A stretch of DNA of 64,000 bases from Camelus ferus. Lineage: Eukaryota. The stretch is from NCBI RefSeq assembly GCF_009834535.1, contig NC_045697.1, positions 89,778,001 to 89,842,000 on the forward strand, read 5' to 3'. The position numbers and the translations under genes were made by a program. A model generated the notes under the pieces. That model ran no database searches, was not told the origin of the DNA, and saw nothing but the letters and a program-made list of their open reading frames with translations. Positions within the stretch are counted from its first letter, which is position 1. Every line of letters starts with the position of its first letter. This document shows positions 25,188 through 36,806 of the stretch, piece by piece.

Positions 25188-26129
25188 CTGTTAAGGAAAT
25201 AAATAATCTACTGCCACCATGTTCTCTCCTAACAGGTGTGAGCTTTTCTTTCCACAAAGCTCCTCACCATACTAGGAAGATCAACCTACTGGCTCACCCT
25301 TTTGGAGGCAGAGTCATTGGACTCGGGCAACGTGGGAACATGGTTTACTCTCCGTAGGTAATGCACATTGTGGCTTTATGTACATTTCCTCATTTAAATT
25401 TTGTACAACCTAAGTTATATGACACTATCTGAATTTTACTCATGTGGAAATCGGTAAGAGCATCGTCTACAAGTTCACATCCTGAAGCTGGCAGAGAAAT
25501 ATTGAAGTTCATTATATGTTAACTGCAGGTTATGTTTTCTTTCTACTGAGCCAGGCAAGTAACTTCAGGCATTATTACTTACAAACTCTGAGCCTCAATT
25601 TTTTTCCCCCATAAACTGGTAATTTTATAGACTGAAAGAAAATGCAAACATACAGACACATGCAGGCACAAATGTAGAAACCATAGGCTCACACATGCAT
25701 CTCCTCATATTGCTTAGCAGAGTCTGAAGCATAATAAGTGACCAATACATGGTAGCTAGTTTCCTTTTTATATTTGTTAAGTGTTAGTAACTGTTGATTG
25801 CTTAACACTTATCCATCCTAAAGGTTATCTGAACTCAAAATAAGTGGCCTAGAAAGAGCTTTATTCACCCTAAATGATACCTTAAAGATGGTCTCTCTGA
25901 AAACTTGGCTATCGAGTAGAGTACATCCATAGTTTTGGAAATAAGAGATGCTTCCCTCTAGAGCCCAACAGACACCTCACCATGAAGGCCTTCATTCGGA
26001 CACAGCGCTGTCAATGGCCTTAGGCACTGAGGCTCACTTTGGACCAGTTAAGGGAGGCTGTTTTGAGTTAATGATATGGCAGATAACTTATTTTCTGCTT
26101 TGTTTAGCATGGTGATTTTGATCTGGGCT

Positions 26130-26300
26130 GTAAAGCAATTTAGTTGCTGTATAATCTTGAACAAATTATTTAACTGGGCTAACTCAAAGCTCCTCCTTTT
26201 TAAATGGAGGAAAAAAATTTGCCTGCCCATATACAGTATGTAACATAACAGTACCTCAAACATAACACATACTCAATAAATGTTAGCTCCTATCTTTGTT
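26130..26300. mobile_element. MIR
   Basis: MIR core-like sequence ending ACTCAATAAATGTTAGCT. Confidence 0.6.
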
Positions 26301-28599
26301 TATTAATATTATCATTACTACTAATAATGAGAAAACTATTATTTTGATTTCAATGATAACCCTCTTTCAGCTGTGAAAATTTCAAAGCAGGTCAAATACA
26401 TGCAATAATTAACTTAAAACTGCCTTTAAAAAGACAGAAATTAAGGGTTTTTTAAAAAAATTATAGCAGCTATAATTGAGACATAATTGCTTCTACGTTT
26501 TAAAATTATATATCCTCTGGCAAAAGGCAGGGTTAAAGGCTAAAAATTGTAGGAAGCAACAGAAAATCACATAGTAGCACATATATTGGATAGTGAGGAT
26601 GTTTTAAATTCAAGTTACTATATGTGGGGATTTTGCCTTACAGTTGGTCTGTTTCATAAAGGGGGAGGAAGGAGGGAAAAAAGAAAGGAAGAAAATATCT
26701 GCAAATAACTTCTCCCATCTCTTCACATTTCTTTGATGTCTGCTTGACAATGTGTTTTGAATGATATGCAGCTGTGTCTTCTAGAGCTTTAGAGCTGGAA
26801 GGTGTCTGAATAATAATTCATTTTAAGACAGTCTTTTTATGAAAATATGACACAACTGAAGCCAAAGGATCTAATTGATTATCCAAAAGTATTTGTTTAG
26901 GGGATGGGAAAGGGAAAGAGACATTTATCAGGGTGAAGAGATTCGGGGTGAGTCTAATTTTTTAGATAACTTTCAAAGCCATAAGTGGATTTTTATGTCT
27001 TCACTATCAGAGCAAAGAGTGAACACACATAACCCGTTTAAATGTCAACTGTCACACAGACAGTGCAGAGATCATTGGAGTTCAAATGAGAAAAATACAG
27101 CTTTTCTTCAGATTAAGGTAACATGATACTTCTCTCTCCATTCAGTGCAGACAATAGTGTGAAGCCACTATCTGGGGTTTTGTTTTATAATGTCTTTGGG
27201 GCAGGTTTTCTTCCATATACAGTAATTAGAAATATTGACAAAATTTGTCAGTGGCCAGCAGGCAATTTCACACTTCAAAAAGGTATTTTTAGTTAAAAAA
27301 AGAAAGAAAAAAAAAACCTTGGTAACATTTTCCCCCATTGAACACACCCAGTTATCCCTTTTCTAGCCACAGCGATGTGCTGATTTATGGACATGGGGCA
27401 TAGTATCCATTTTTTTTTTTTAAAAAAGATTGTTTTCAATGAAGCAAAACCATACAAAGTGCTTGTTTTTCTTCATGGTGGTATGCAGAGAAAAAAACTG
27501 CCAACCCCTCGGAAATAAATAAGCAAAAAGAATCGACCAATAATACAGTTTTTACAAAGATTCTTAACATAAAGAAGTGGTTTCACCAATCTCTATTTCA
27601 TGAAGAAATTTTTAAATCTGATGATTGCATTTAAAATACATCCCTAGATTTACAGGTAGAGTTATAAAGGTGAAGACCTTTTCATCTCAAAAATAGGGCA
27701 TTTTGTCACTCAGATTTCAGGACGCAAGACTGGATGACCTGTATTTTGATTCTTCATAAGTTTCTCCCCTAATGCAATAACAAAGCTTTTTTAATGTATG
27801 TATTCTTATGTGTATAAACACTCCTTGAAAGATTACACAGAATTTCAAAACTTAGTTTGGTCATAGATCTCATTCACTCATTTTAAGCAAAAATGAAAAA
27901 GCCAAAAACTTGGATTCAGCTCAAAACAAATATGTCAAGACATTAAACATTAAATTATCTGTGTTGTCTTTAAAAAAATTTTTAAAGAAAAAGGAAGATT
28001 AAATAAGCAAAAAGGAGGAACGTCGTAGGGATGAGGGGAAAAAAATGAGAGATTGTTGAGGAAATTTAAGACTTAGTGTCAAAATTAAGAAAGCCAAAAA
28101 ACTGGCTAAACTTGTGGTGGCAAATACATAGATACGACCCATTTTCTAAACAGCCTAGATTACAAGGAATAATAAACTTGGAAGAAAAGATAGCTGTTGA
28201 GATTTTCCTCTTCTAATACTTGATGGGGGCAGAAAGCTTCCCTTCTCCTATACCTAGATCTCCGGCTTGCTGATACCGTCATGAAAATAATTCGTTACCA
28301 GTTATCACGTAAAGTGTCTTCCTGGTGAAGAGACGAGACGACTCCCTAGCCCATCTTCACCAGTGAACTGGGGATCTCCTCTGTCACTGGTCCTTTGCAA
28401 GGCTCCGACTGTGGCCGTCCTTGTCTTTCTAGGCCCTCTGCTCCCCACTGTTCTGCCCTGCACAGATGAGCGCCCTCCTCCAGCAAGCAAGGCATCACAT
28501 CTGCCTGGCTTTAGACTACATATGTTTTTAAATAATAGCTATAACAAGCTACCACGATTTCCCTTTAGAAGTAAACATGGGCTAAAACGAACTTGTCGT

Positions 28600-28810
28600 G
28601 GTGTAATGGAAAGTCAGCGAGACTTCTGTTCAAATTCCAGTTCCAGAACTGACCACCTGTGTGACTGTGGGATTGCTATTTAACGTCTGGGCTTCATCTT
28701 TCTCATCTGAAATTTAAGGATTCTACGTGAAAATACACATAAAGGCCTAGGGCAGTGTCTACTGTATAGTACACAGCATAGCACAGTTTTCCAATAAGCA
28801 GTAATTGCTA
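28600..28810. mobile_element. MIR
   Basis: TTCAAATTCCAGTTCC...TGTGTGAC...CTCATCTGAAA. Confidence 0.6.
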
Positions 28811-28889
28811 CTAATATCGCAATTAACGCTACTGACACAAATACTACCATTAATAGCAATTTCCTTTCTCATCTATGAAATAAGGGAAT

Positions 28890-29162
28890 ATTTTCCTGGC
28901 TTGTGACTATGTAATCCTAATTTCTGCCCCTCTTTTCACATTAACTTCTCCTCCAAGTCTACATTTTCTCCTCTTCTGTCTCTTATCAGGGAATTTGTCA
29001 TTGGATTTTGGACCCACCTGGATAACCAGGATGATCCCACATCAAGATGCTCAACCCAACTGTATCTGTAAAGATCCTATTTCCAAATAAGGTCATATTC
29101 AGAGATTCCGCAAGTCAGGACAGATATGTTGACAGGCGGGTCGCACCACTCAACCCACAACA
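28890..29162. mobile_element. MLT1 (MaLR) LTR fragment
   Basis: GTCATTGGATTT...ATCTGTAAAGATCCTATTTCCAAATAAGGTCATATTC...CAACCCACAACA. Confidence 0.8.
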
Positions 29163-30287
29163 GCAGACCAGGTAACACTGCAGAAGAGGAAAACTGATGC
29201 CCACAGAAATGTCATGAATTTTTATAGTTTAAGGTAACACGGTTAGTAAATGGTGAAAATGGGGGTAGAATTCAGGTTACAATGACTGCTATCCATGTGT
29301 GCTGAGAAAGGGTCTTGAAAGAAGTCAATAGAGATGCTGTTGTTTACCTCAACCTTCCTTCAAAGTGGTGTTTTGTGACATAATTCTTCTGTAAGATGCT
29401 ATAGAAAAGTCATGGAGAAGAGGCTGTAGGTTCTGATAAGCCTATAAAATGACAGGTTAAAGGTAAGTGGTTTTCTTTGTCTCAAAATGTAGAACTTTTG
29501 ACATGTTAAAAGTACACGTTTTACTTAAAAAAAAAAAAAAAAACACAAGACAGCACACATCATTTCCAAAACCTATTTAACCCTAGATTTTTTTTTCTTC
29601 ACAGAATATCTTTTAAGACTTTTTTTTTTTGTAGCACCACATTTTGGGGACAAGTTGGTCTAACCTAAACAGAAAACTGTGGGACTGTGATGTCTGAAAT
29701 TTGGGGCCAGGTAGGAGAGAGAAGTCCTCAGTGAGGAAAGATGTGTGAGGGGAGAGCACCCACTGGAGACAACACAACAAATATTTATTGACCACCTTCT
29801 CTGTTTAGTCAAGCGCTACATTCTGAATACAGCTGAGGTGCCCCCTGCCTCCTTGTAGCTTACAAGGTAGGTAGAAAGACAGTCATTAGGCAATTAATTA
29901 GAAGGCAGTATGGTGAACTCTATGTGAGCAAAAATTCATTGCAGTATCTGGGAGTGTCACTTACTCTAGGAAATGAGGAACTGACATTTACGTGACTCCT
30001 GTTTGCCAAGATTCCAAGCTAGGAAAGCACCTCTACTCTCAGTCAACTCCAGGAGAAAATAATTGAATATTACTTTTTTGACTTGGGAGACGTTAACATG
30101 CTGTAAAAGGTTAAAGTTTCAAATTCAGTTTTAAGCAATGAATGAAGCAGAATCTTCGCTCCATCCTTGGGCCATTACCCACTCCCGATGGCCATGCCAT
30201 CTCTCTCCCCACTTCTCTGCTTCTGAAGAGCCTTCACCACATTCCTAAATCTCGCCCCTCCTTTCTCAACTCCCATTCGTTTCTTAC

Positions 30288-30410
30288 CGTGGTAGGATAC
30301 AGTTGTTTAAGTAAAACAAGAGGTTTCTATAAAAACTAAGAATTTGCATTACAATTTACACTCAAACTCACAATGGCAATTTTTAGTTGGTATCAACAAT
30401 TTATATGGAC
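30288..30410 (-). pseudogene. Decayed exon, DUF4537 C-terminal half
   Basis: Canonical TTTTAG / GTAAGA, phase 0-0, in phase with the previous exon. VHINC*YQLKIAIVSL vs VWA3B IVIPKGFDFYVPAIVIAL. Confidence 0.6.
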
Positions 30411-30704
30411 CTAAAACAGAGAGAAAGGCCTACTTTTCTGAAAGAATTATAGAGTTATCAGCGTTCTGTTGGTAAGTTTTGCTTGAGGGTAGCTAGGTTG
30501 AAAAGTGATAGTAAGATATAAGGTATAAAAGCATGGGAAGACTCAGAAGGACATTATGTGACTTTTTTCTAAGTCAAATTGTAAAAAATATAAATCAATA
30601 AGATTTAAGATTAAGTTTACGATTTCACAGTTTTTAAATTCTACAACAGCCCAGTGTCTTTTTTTTTTTTTTTTTCAAACAGTCTTTCACTGCACTCTGC
30701 TTAC

Positions 30705-30860
30705 CGTATTCGCTACTCTATCACCATGCCAGCATGGTTTACTGTCTACATTTTTTTTCTCCCAGATTCAGATATACTGCTGCTGAACAATTTTGACTTT
30801 CCCATTTTTAGTATAAGCCAAGAATTGACATCAATAAGAACTCCAGGCCAAAAATATTCC
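30705..30860 (-). pseudogene. Decayed exon, DUF4537 N-terminal half
   Basis: Canonical AG/GTAAGC. EYFWPGVLI...(frameshift)NGKVKIVQQQYI*...WHGDRVANT vs VWA3B GFYFPGVVK...YGDTKVVSTSFI...QVGDYVFAK. Confidence 0.65.
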
Positions 30861-31019
30861 CTAATGAAAGTACACACTCAAATGATATTTTCCAAAAATT
30901 CTCAGCTTGAAAAAAACCAAGAAAGATGCAAAGTAATTTATGTAAAGAAGAATCTCCTGTATCTGACATTGAACATTTTAATTAGAAATGCGTATGGACC
31001 ACATGTTAAACCTCTATTT

Positions 31020-31223
31020 CAATGTCTATCCAGAGAAACCACAGTAACTACCAGGATATAAGCTGAAAAGAGGGATAAGTTGTCTTTGCGTCTTTTAAAA
31101 ATTCTTTAGACTCTCCAGAGAGGACGTACACAGTCCAGATAGATTTGGATTGATTTAGTTGGACCCTTACATCTATTTTCTCCAGCTTTCTTGTTTCAAG
31201 TAAGGCACTTCTATTCAAATCTC
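31020..31223 (-). pseudogene. Decayed exon, end of vWA domain
   Basis: DLNRSALLETRKLEKIDVRV...ESKEFLKDA (cf. VWA3A VLNEVQKLREKRDVKV...AVEFLRKL). About 57 open codons after a CTTCTAG acceptor. Confidence 0.55.
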
Positions 31224-31699
31224 CTAGAAGTTATGAAAGAATGTATAAAGTAAGCTTCTTTCACATGCAAAGTTTTTACAGAGACATGTAGTGATAGTTC
31301 TGCCTATCAAAGCATCATTCAGAATACTAAGAATCTATGTTAATATATTTACATCAACATAGTCATACAGTACTCATTTAAAGTGTAAAATCTTTGGCTT
31401 TTCATGATCAGCATAGTAAAACTTATCTAAATTCAGTAAGGGTTTTGAATCTGAATTATGTCAAACCAACCCTGCATTTATAGGATAACATGCTAGTTAG
31501 GAGGTGATGATGGAAAGAGCACTGGCTTGGGTTCCGGCAGTTACTTCAAGGTAGACAGCACTGAGACAACCTTTAAACTCAAATTCTAGTTTATCCTCTT
31601 CAAGATTATGATGCTATACACAGTGGTTTGCCAAAACTCCTTGTAAGAATTTCAACCAATTTATGGGCATAAAAGCTTTTGGTCTTAACTGAGTAGTAA

Positions 31700-31862
31700 C
31701 TACTCACCACTCGCACCTGAATTATCTGGCCAGGTTGCTAAAAATGCCAATTCTTGAACCTCACTCAAACCTACTAAACTGGAGTCTTGAGAACTGAGTT
31801 CAAGGTATCTACAGTTTATATAAACACTCCAGATGATTCTTCTTTATAATTTGATGACTACT
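31700..31862. mobile_element. MER5A-like hAT element
   Basis: TTGCTAAAAATGC...ACCTACTAAA...AAACACTCCAGATGATTCT. Confidence 0.6.
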
Positions 31863-31869
31863 AATATGT

Positions 31870-32192
31870 AATGGGTTGTTTTGATAATTATGTAGCACTC
31901 CACTATCAGTATTATGTTTATTTTACAAATTGAATTGATAAGAAAAACAATAGCTCTCATTTGTATAGAGGTTTATAACTACAACTTCAAAAAAGAAAGA
32001 ACTCCAGTTCTTTTCTCCATGCCAGGCACTCTTTCCCACTTCACACTAGAAGAGAAATTTCAAAGAATAGGCCACAGATCCTCCCAAAGTCCATCAGGGG
32101 TCTTTGCATTAGCAAATTAGGAACAGATATTATTAGAATAGAAACTCAAGTGAGAAAGATTTTGTTCTTAGAGTCTAATCTCAAAGTAGGCA
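31870..32192 (-). pseudogene. Decayed exon, vWA domain
   Basis: VSILI...SGKECLAWRKEL (cf. VWA3B DGQAVAWREQL), then RAIVFLINSICKNKHNTDSGV. TTTTCTCTGACAG acceptor. Confidence 0.55.
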
Positions 32193-32599
32193 CTGTCAGA
32201 GAAAACAAGTGTTTGCAGTTAGTATAAACATTCGATTCAACGAATATCCTATTGTGGTACAAACCAGCGTGAGTTACTATAGCACCATGAGACACAGGAA
32301 ATAATATGTAGCATGAAGGGAGTGGATCACAACAGACACAAAACAGACTCTTCCATTCATCTCATTTGATTAAAAGTTTTACCAATTTCATAATGAAGAC
32401 AGTAGTTCTCCAAAAATTTATTTTACATTAATGATAGATTGCATTATACGCACTTTATGATAGCACATGCATAAAATTGTAACACGCATACAATTGTAAT
32501 ATTTGTATCTGCAAAATTATGCAATAGTCCCCCTTTGTGACCCTGTCTTTGTACTCAACAAATAAGTATTATACACCAAAAAACCTTTAGGACTCTTAA

Positions 32600-33960
32600 C
32601 TGTCATGAAATATTGGGGAACACGTAACTCAGGTATCTGGTCACAATCTTTAGCTGCCAAAGTGTCAACAAAATTAAAAAAATAATAAACACTGAACCCA
32701 CAAATGGGGGTTTAGATACACAACAAACGTGACCGAACACAGTGGTACATGTACATACTGGGGAGACAGCAGGAGGACATTTTGCAAAAACAGACCACAT
32801 ATGGAGTCAAGTCCACAGAAAGGCCAGGTGAGAAGCCGTACGGATCTGGCTCAGCTGAGAGAGGGGCGAGGTCAGGATTGTCAAAATGAGCTATGAACTA
32901 TGGTTGTATGAAGTGTGACACCAGCTTAACCCTCCCACACAGGCATACACAGGAACACATACTTGAGGACACAGGCCTGTGCTAACATGGGGCCCGTGTA
33001 CTCTGGGAGCCAGTGTGTTGAGAGGGCTGTGGTAAAGACCTGTGCCTGAATAAAGCCAATCGCCCTTTCTCTGCACCTCGCTTAGAAAGACCTGGGCTCT
33101 GAAAGGGAAAGCTGTCTCCCTTCTTGACAGAGAGAAGGTTCCAGGACACTTAAGACTCAGTACCAAGATTAATATACAAAGAGTCATTGGTGGTGGTGTG
33201 TGCAGTAGTTCAGAGCCCCCAGATGCATGCTTTAAAAACGAAAGGGAACCCCTGAGGCTTTGTGCTGGAGAAGAGCCTCCGGTGACGACAGGGAGTGTAG
33301 GTACATGGCCCAGAGCCACATACCTCGCCAAATGCCCCCAGCCCAGGACAAGCTCCACAGCTGAGTGCTATCAGAGAGAACCCTAAACCCAAAGAGGCCC
33401 TCCCCCTGGTGCCGCGGACAGCAGAAAGCCTAGCCGCCTGCAGCTGGACTTGGAGCCCCTGCCGCCCTCACTGCGGCACCTGGGTCTGGAGCCTAGGGAG
33501 CGCTTTGCTCGGAAGTGGGGGCGTCTGGCCAGGCCCCGCCAGCATCCCAGACTGCAAAAGAGCACGTGTGTGCTCTGGCTCCCACAGCACTGCACGCCGC
33601 ATGCAAATGAGTGCCCCTCCGGTGTCCTGAGCCTGAGGGGTGTACCTCACGAACCCCTTCAGCTCCACACCAGGAAGAGGCCCTTCCACTGCGCAAAGCG
33701 CGGCCTCAGCTTCAGGCTCAAGTTCTGTCGGGCCCAAACAGCACACCAGGAAGGCGGGGAAGCACACGGCTGCTCGCCCAGCCTCCTGTACCACGTGCAA
33801 AATCTGCCCAAGGGGAGAGCAGCGTAGGGCTCTCTACGCAAAAGCTACTTGCTAGCCTCCTGACCCTCAGGGACCGCAAGCAGTGCGCTGGGCCTTGGGC
33901 CTAACACCAAGAAGCTGCTGGAAGCTTAACAGAGCGCCCAGAGTTCCACACAGGGTCCCT
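32600..33960 (+). pseudogene. Degenerate C2H2 zinc-finger gene fragment (ZNF786/ZNF425-like finger style)
   Basis: GC/CpG-rich island in AT-rich DNA. Peptides LHTRKRPFHCAKRGLSFRLK and PGEKPY; many frameshifts; no poly-A seen. Confidence 0.6.
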
Positions 33961-34157
33961 ACAGATTTCTCTACACTCACATCAGGGCCAGAAGTGCTGG
34001 CGTCATGTACCTCTTCATTTAAAATAATCTGTTATCTTCCCACAGCATTAAGAATCAAATCAAAACTCCTTCCTATGCCTTTAAAAAGCCCTGTGTAATC
34101 TAGAGCCCGTTTTTTCCTTTGAATTTCTCTTAAAAACCCCTCCTTGCTTCAGAACAC

Positions 34158-34740
34158 CGTGTTACTTTTCTACTACTGTGTAACACATTACCACAAACTT
34201 AGCTCCATGAAACAGCGCCCATTTATTAACTCACCGTTTCTGTAGGTCAGAAGTCTTGGCGTGGCGTAACTGGTTCACCGCGGGGCCTCACAAAGCTGAC
34301 ATCACGGCGTCAGCTGTGGCAGTGGTCTCATCAGGAGCCTCGGCCCTCTTGCAGATTCAAAGTTGTCAGAATGCAGCCTCTGTGGTTGTAGGCTTCGAGG
34401 CCCATTTCTCGGTGGCTGGCGTTTGCGGCCTCTTGCTCTCCCAGCTGCTGGAAGCCGCTCTCAGTTCCCACCCAGGTAGCCCTGCCCCGGAAGCTCACAG
34501 CGCGGCTGCGCCCTTGCTTGGCGATCAGTGGAAAAACCTGTGCTGCTTAAAAAGCCCTCTTGACTCTTTTAAGGGCCCAGTTAATTAGCTCAGACCCTTC
34601 TAGGATTCTCGCCCTTTCTCAGAGCTTATTGACTAGGGAGCTCACAGCAGCACCTACTTAATGCTTGATTGAATAATTGGGAGAAGATGTGTGTACGCCG
34701 TGGAGTAGAATCGTGGGGGATGTCTCGGAATGTTTCCTCT
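34158..34740. mobile_element. MLT1 (MaLR) LTR
   Basis: TGTGTAACACATTACCACAAACTTAGC...CATTTATTAACTCAC..TTCTGTAGGTCAGAAGTC. Confidence 0.75.
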
Positions 34741-34959
34741 CCCAGAACCAAGACCAAAGCTTGCCTGAGACTGTCCTCATTTTAGCCCAGAAAAATCTCA
34801 CATTCCAGGAGCCTCCTCAGTCCTGGGCAGACTCCCATCATGCTGGCCTCCTTTCGTTCCTCAGAAACATCTAGTCCATTTCCCGAAAGGGATTTGATAT
34901 TAGCACTTCTATCAGGAATGTATTTTCTTGTCGTTCACATTTCATATTAAAACATCATC

Positions 34960-36150
34960 TTGAGAGGAGGCAGTAAAGAGAGAATAGTTGTAATAAATTA
35001 GTAAAGCACATTAGAATGCTAGAAGATGAAAAGTCTTATGGGAAAAAGATGAAACAAGCGAATGATTGGAGTTCTAAATGGAAGGTCAGAGTATATCTTT
35101 TTGAAAAGGTACCATTTGAACAAGTATTTGAAGGGTGTGGGGCATTAGAAGGGTGACTCTGAGGGGAGGGTATTCCCTACAGAGGAAACAGTGCTAATTC
35201 CTTAAGGTGGAACCTGCCTGGCATATTCAAGAATACACAAAGAAAATGCAGCAGGAATGGAGTGAGGAAAAGTGTACTAGGAGATGAGCTCAGAGATGGA
35301 ATGGACAACCAGGTCACATCAGGCTTCAGAGAGCGCTACAAGACTGGCTACTGAGAAGGGAAGACAGGTGGGTAATCGAGCAGAAGAGGGACATGATCTG
35401 ACTTAAATTTTGTAAGATTCCCTCTGGCTACTGTGTTGAGAATAGACTGGGGATAGGAAAAGGAGGAAGTAGGGAGAACATTTAGGAGGCTTTACAGTGG
35501 TCTGTGTGAGTGATCAGGGTGGCTTAGTGCAGCGTGTTAACAGTATAAGCAATTGTCGGCAGCCTTAAGTGAGTAGGCAGTAGGACCCAGGTCAAAGTTC
35601 ACAATAACTTGCACGTGTGAGGTTAGAAGTAAATGTACGCATGCGCTGGTAGCATGAGTCAGCATTATGAACAACACGCATGCGCCAACAGCATGAGTCA
35701 GCATTATGAACAATACGCATGACCGGGCATAATAAAAAGACAAGTGCCTACACCTGAGCAGGCACACCACCCGTTTGTACTGCAGTAAAGTGCTGTTTTG
35801 CTCTATCTTGGCTCCTCGCGCCTCCTTCCAGTTGGGCAGCTCACCTCCTCGGATACCTCTCCAGCCACCCACGGCTGACGGCAGTGAAAAGTGATGAGTG
35901 CAGATACATTGGCAAATACATGATGCAATACAGACAAGGGAAAGTTGTTGGAGTAATCTATCTAAGTAAGAAGGGATAGAACCTATTGCAAAAGTGGAGG
36001 GATTGGCTTTAAGTAGAAGCACCGAGGGTTCCTATATCATAAAAGGCAGAGAGAGAGAGAGCATATTTTTGTGCAGATATGGATAGCAGATACATAAAGG
36101 TTACAGTAGGAGTTTGGGAAAGTTCTCAGTGGAACAGAAAGCAGGCAGTT
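34960..36150. mobile_element. LINE-2 fragment interrupted by an LTR
   Basis: L2 motifs (GACATGATCTGACTT; CTCTGGCTACTGTGTTGAGAATAGACT) on both sides of 35554-35880. Confidence 0.7.
35554..35880 (+). mobile_element. Young solo ERV LTR (327 bp)
   Basis: Starts TGTCGGC, ends GCTGACG (imperfect inverted termini). Flanks GCAAT/GCAGT (5-bp TSD, one mismatch). TATA-like ATAATAAAAA and AGTAAA signal; CpGs retained. Confidence 0.75.
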
Positions 36151-36356
36151 AAGATGGAGGTTTGAAACTGGCCAACTCACCTCTGAGCAGACAAGAGGAT
36201 TCCATCCTGGCTGATAGGCTGGGGCAAGGATAGTCCCTAGCAAAAAGTGTCAGTTCACTAGCTAAAGATTCCATGTGGAGGAGCAGAAATAGCTGTGAGG
36301 CAGGCTGAATAAACAGTTGTAACACTTGGAGTCCAAAGACTTGTGAATGCTCAGCA

Positions 36357-36806
36357 TGATGGTTAATTTTATGTGTCAATTTGACTGGCTAAGGGGTGCC
36401 CAGATTAAATACTACTTCTGGGTGACTCTGTGAGGGTGTTTCTGGGTGAGATCAGCATTTGAGTTGGTGGTCTCAGTAAAGATTACCCTCCCCTGATGTG
36501 GATGTGGGTGAACATTAACCAATCTGTTGGGAGCCTGAATAGAACATAAGGTGGAGGATGAAGGAATTCTCCCCTTACTGCCTGATTGCTTCAGCTGGGA
36601 CATGGATCTCTTGTCCTTGGCTTTCCTGGTTCTCAGACCTTCGGACTCTGAAACAACAGACTTTCCTGGGTCTCCAGCCTGTAGAGAGCAGATGGTGGGA
36701 CTTGTTTTTCTACATAAATGTGAGTCAGTTTGTCATAATAAAATCTCGATCCCTCTTGCCACCTCTCTCTCTCACCGGATTCTGTTTCCCTAGAGAACCC
36801 TAATAC
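36357..36806 (+). mobile_element. MLT2 (ERVL) LTR
   Basis: TGATGGTTAATTTTATGTGTCAATTTGACTGG...TCTGTTTCCCTAGAGAACCCTAATACA. Confidence 0.9.

Noticed and set aside
30327..30371. Apparent 45-nt intron (GTGAGT...TTTTATAG) splitting the 30288-30410 exon; a similar 51-nt case at 63651-63701
   Set aside because: Too short for mammalian introns, and read-through keeps both frame and motif similarity.
32891..34588. Dense overlapping ORFs on both strands
   Set aside because: Explained by the GC richness of the decayed ZNF fragment and MLT1; no intact finger array.
35537..36022. 161-aa minus-strand ORF
   Set aside because: Spans the LTR and L2; its repeated peptide comes from the 39-bp LTR duplication.
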